Part shown: positions 60,831 to 64,000 of the stretch, piece after piece
How positions within the stretch are numbered: position 1 is the first letter of the stretch
How the letters are laid out: the number at the start of each line of letters is the position of its first letter
Source of the DNA: the human T2T-CHM13v2.0 reference genome, Homo sapiens
Length of the DNA stretch: 64,000 nucleotides
NCBI RefSeq assembly: GCF_009914755.1
Contig: NC_060928.1
Strand: one strand, 5' to 3'
Notes under the pieces: generated by a model
Database searches by the model: none
The model's input: the letters and a program-made list of their open reading frames with translations, nothing else
Told to the model about the DNA's origin: nothing
Translations under genes and position numbers: made by a program

Positions 60831-61729
60831 ACACTAAAAGACTTATCCTGGTCATTACATTTTTGGTCTCTGTCCCCCCTAAGGAGTCTTTTTTGGGGGG
60901 TGGCTATTTACTTTAAATACATACTTTGGTCTTTTTGCTTCATGTGTTATTGAAAATAACATGTCAGGATCTTACCTAACATTTTGTCCCAAGAATCATA
61001 CTGTCCAAGGCTTTTACAAGACTGATCTGTGAGTATAGTATATTCTTTCAGAAATGCCCTACTTTGAAGATGACACTTTGATTCAAAGTGTTTGCCCTGA
61101 CTCTTCTTGACATTTTTCTTTCAGTTCGGCATTGCACTTCTCCTTCCTTTAACTGCAAGATCAGTCCTTTTTGGAAATTGGCTGCCTGGGTGACATTAGT
61201 TTTCTTTACTTTTCAAGAATCTTGTGTTTATTTTGTTTCCTCTCAACAGTGTTCAGAGGCCTCCAGTCCTCTTGGATGAAATCCAAACCTATATTCTTAT
61301 ATAGCACTAGCTCCCATAGCCAGTCCTCCAGTCCATAACTCTCCTCTTGAGAGCCAAGTCCTGAGAATAGCATCTTTTCTCTGAAGCATGTGAGTCATAG
61401 TTTTTCACTGGGATCAATAACTCCTCTCTGTCTTCTGGAAATTGTGACTTCATTCAAGTCCCTAAATTGTGGTAGTCATCACAATTAGATATTTATCCAG
61501 TACCAGAATCTCCAGAATGTTTTTCTTAGAGTTACTGTTTCTGTCATGGATTCCACTGAGAGTCTCTATGAGGCTAAGCCCCATTTTGAAATGAAATGAA
61601 TCTTGTGGCTGTTGATATCTTTCTCCTTTCTAGATAGTTTCTGATTTCCTCATTGCATCCATATTACGTGTATAAGCCATGCTAGGATTTTCAGGCAATA
61701 ATTGACATGAGTTTTTTGTTTTTTTGTTC

Positions 61730-62480
<751 letters not shown>

Positions 62481-62734
62481 TGAGAGCTAGAATAGATGCA
62501 GATTCTGATGCACACCCCTATGGACCTCAGGAACATGCTTTTCCCTCATTCTCCTTACTGAGAATCATCTCTCAACAGCCAAAATCAGTAGGGTGGACTG
62601 GGTAACCTTGTTTACACTATTGCCCTGCACTATCTGTCACGGAGTAACAAGGAGAACCAAAGCTACTCATCTTTAACCTAAGTACTGAAGGAGTCAGATA
62701 CATCATTAGGTAGACAAGCTAGCAAGGAGAATAA

Positions 62735-62942
62735 GAGCATGTGTACATGGTGAGAGACTGGGTTTGGGTCCTGGCCTCACATTTGCTAGGTGAGCGATGT
62801 TGGACACTCCATTTCTTTGTACAAGAGGACAACAAAACTCTTCTCATGGAATTGTTATCTAAATTAAATGACGGGATTGTAAGATGCTTGGGACTGGCCT
62901 GGCGTGTAGTAAGTGCTATGTAATAATAGCTATTATTATTAT
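62735..62942 (+). mobile_element. MIR
   Basis: GACTGGGTTTGGGTCCTGGC...CCTGGCGTGTAGTAAGTGCT...TAGCTATTATTATT. Confidence 0.7.
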
Positions 62943-63554
62943 TAGAATTCTAGAAATAATGGTAATGTCCATCTTTTTCATAGAAAAATTACTCTATTAT
63001 CTATGACAGTAGAAAGGAGGAAAAAGAGCAATTAGCTGGGCCAAAGGGTGGTTCATTTGGCCTTATAAGGTTTTCTTCCAGTAGAGCACGTGGGAAGCCT
63101 CATAATTCCCAGCCTTGATCTTGATCTTCTGTTAGAACTTGGAAAATGAATTCAACAGTGATTTTTCCTGGCAAGCAGTGACACTTCTATGGATTTGCTA
63201 TGATAATATGGTGAATCTCAGGTGTAGAGTTCTAGTGCTCCTGGAAAACTGGCTTGTGGTGCTTAAGAGATTGGTTGTGAGGCTGTTATCTGACTGGGTG
63301 GATTTCTCCATAGCTGGTCCACTGCCTTCTGTCATTCTGATGGATTCCTATCAAAACAATCCCTGGAACTTCATAGCTTACAATGAACCACCATCATGTC
63401 CTCTTGGTCAAAAGGTCACCTAGTCACTTTAGTCAGCCTAAAGAGTCACTGATGCTTGTTATATTCCTTCCCATACTACCTGAGGTATGTGATTCAAGCA
63501 AATGACCATACTTATTAATAATAATAATTGCAATAGCATGTGCCAGGGTAGCTT

Positions 63555-63772
63555 CTAACATTTATTCAGTACTTACCATGTGTCAGGCTCTGAGCAATAT
63601 TGCTTTCAATCATTATGGATTCCTATAAATGGGTATTATTAATGTCCTTAGTCCTCAAATGAGAAAACAGTGGAGCAGAGAAATGAACTTTCTAAGGTAA
63701 TACAATATGTCTGAGCACAGCTGGGATTTGGACCATAGCCTTCTGGACTCAGAAACCTGTGTCCTTAGCCAA
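63555..63772 (-). mobile_element. MIR
   Basis: AACATTTATTCAGTACTTACCATGTGTCAGGC...CTGGGATTTGGACC...CTGGACTCAGA. Confidence 0.7.
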
Positions 63773-64000
63773 TCTGAAGGTTTGCTGGAAGGAGTGGGGG
63801 CATAGTCTTTCTAATCATGTCAGGGAGGTGGAGTCTAGGTTTACCACCTTTCAGGAAACTTTGTGAAGCTGTTATTTCTGACCTTTCATAATAAAAGTGT
63901 TGCAAGGATTTGGAAAGGCCCTTATGTTCTTTGGGAAGTGCTTGTTTAATTTTTATGATGAAAATTTTTGCTTTCCTTTTTCATCTGCTCCATAGCCTCT

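Overview
Primate (very probably human) non-coding genomic DNA, intergenic or intronic. By eye more than half is transposable elements: about 40 Alu copies or fragments, L1, L2, MIR, DNA transposons (MER33, Tigger3, MER5, MER81, MER104, MADE1) and many ERV LTRs. I recognise no host protein-coding gene, RNA gene or prokaryote-type system, and I cannot name the locus. The only protein-like ORFs are dead TE remnants (L1 ORF2, L2 RT, ERVL integrase/dUTPase); the others are Alu/LTR read-through or chance ORFs. The most distinctive structure is a dense, nested LTR cluster at about 14.5-28.8 kb whose insertion order can be read from target-site duplications (TSDs). It includes a four-level nest (MLT1 > MER39 > MER21A > LTR12), an AluJ hit by MER50 and LTR12D only 3 bp apart, a solo LTR7 and an LTR1 inside an Alu. 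Speculative functional leads are a TATA/first-exon-like element at about 13.5 kb, a recursive-splice-like AG|GTGAGT at 57230 and a candidate minus-strand exon at 47783-47853. Subfamily names come from recall of consensus sequences and need RepeatMasker/Dfam confirmation; boundaries without TSDs are approximate. The sequence alone does not support a new biological system.
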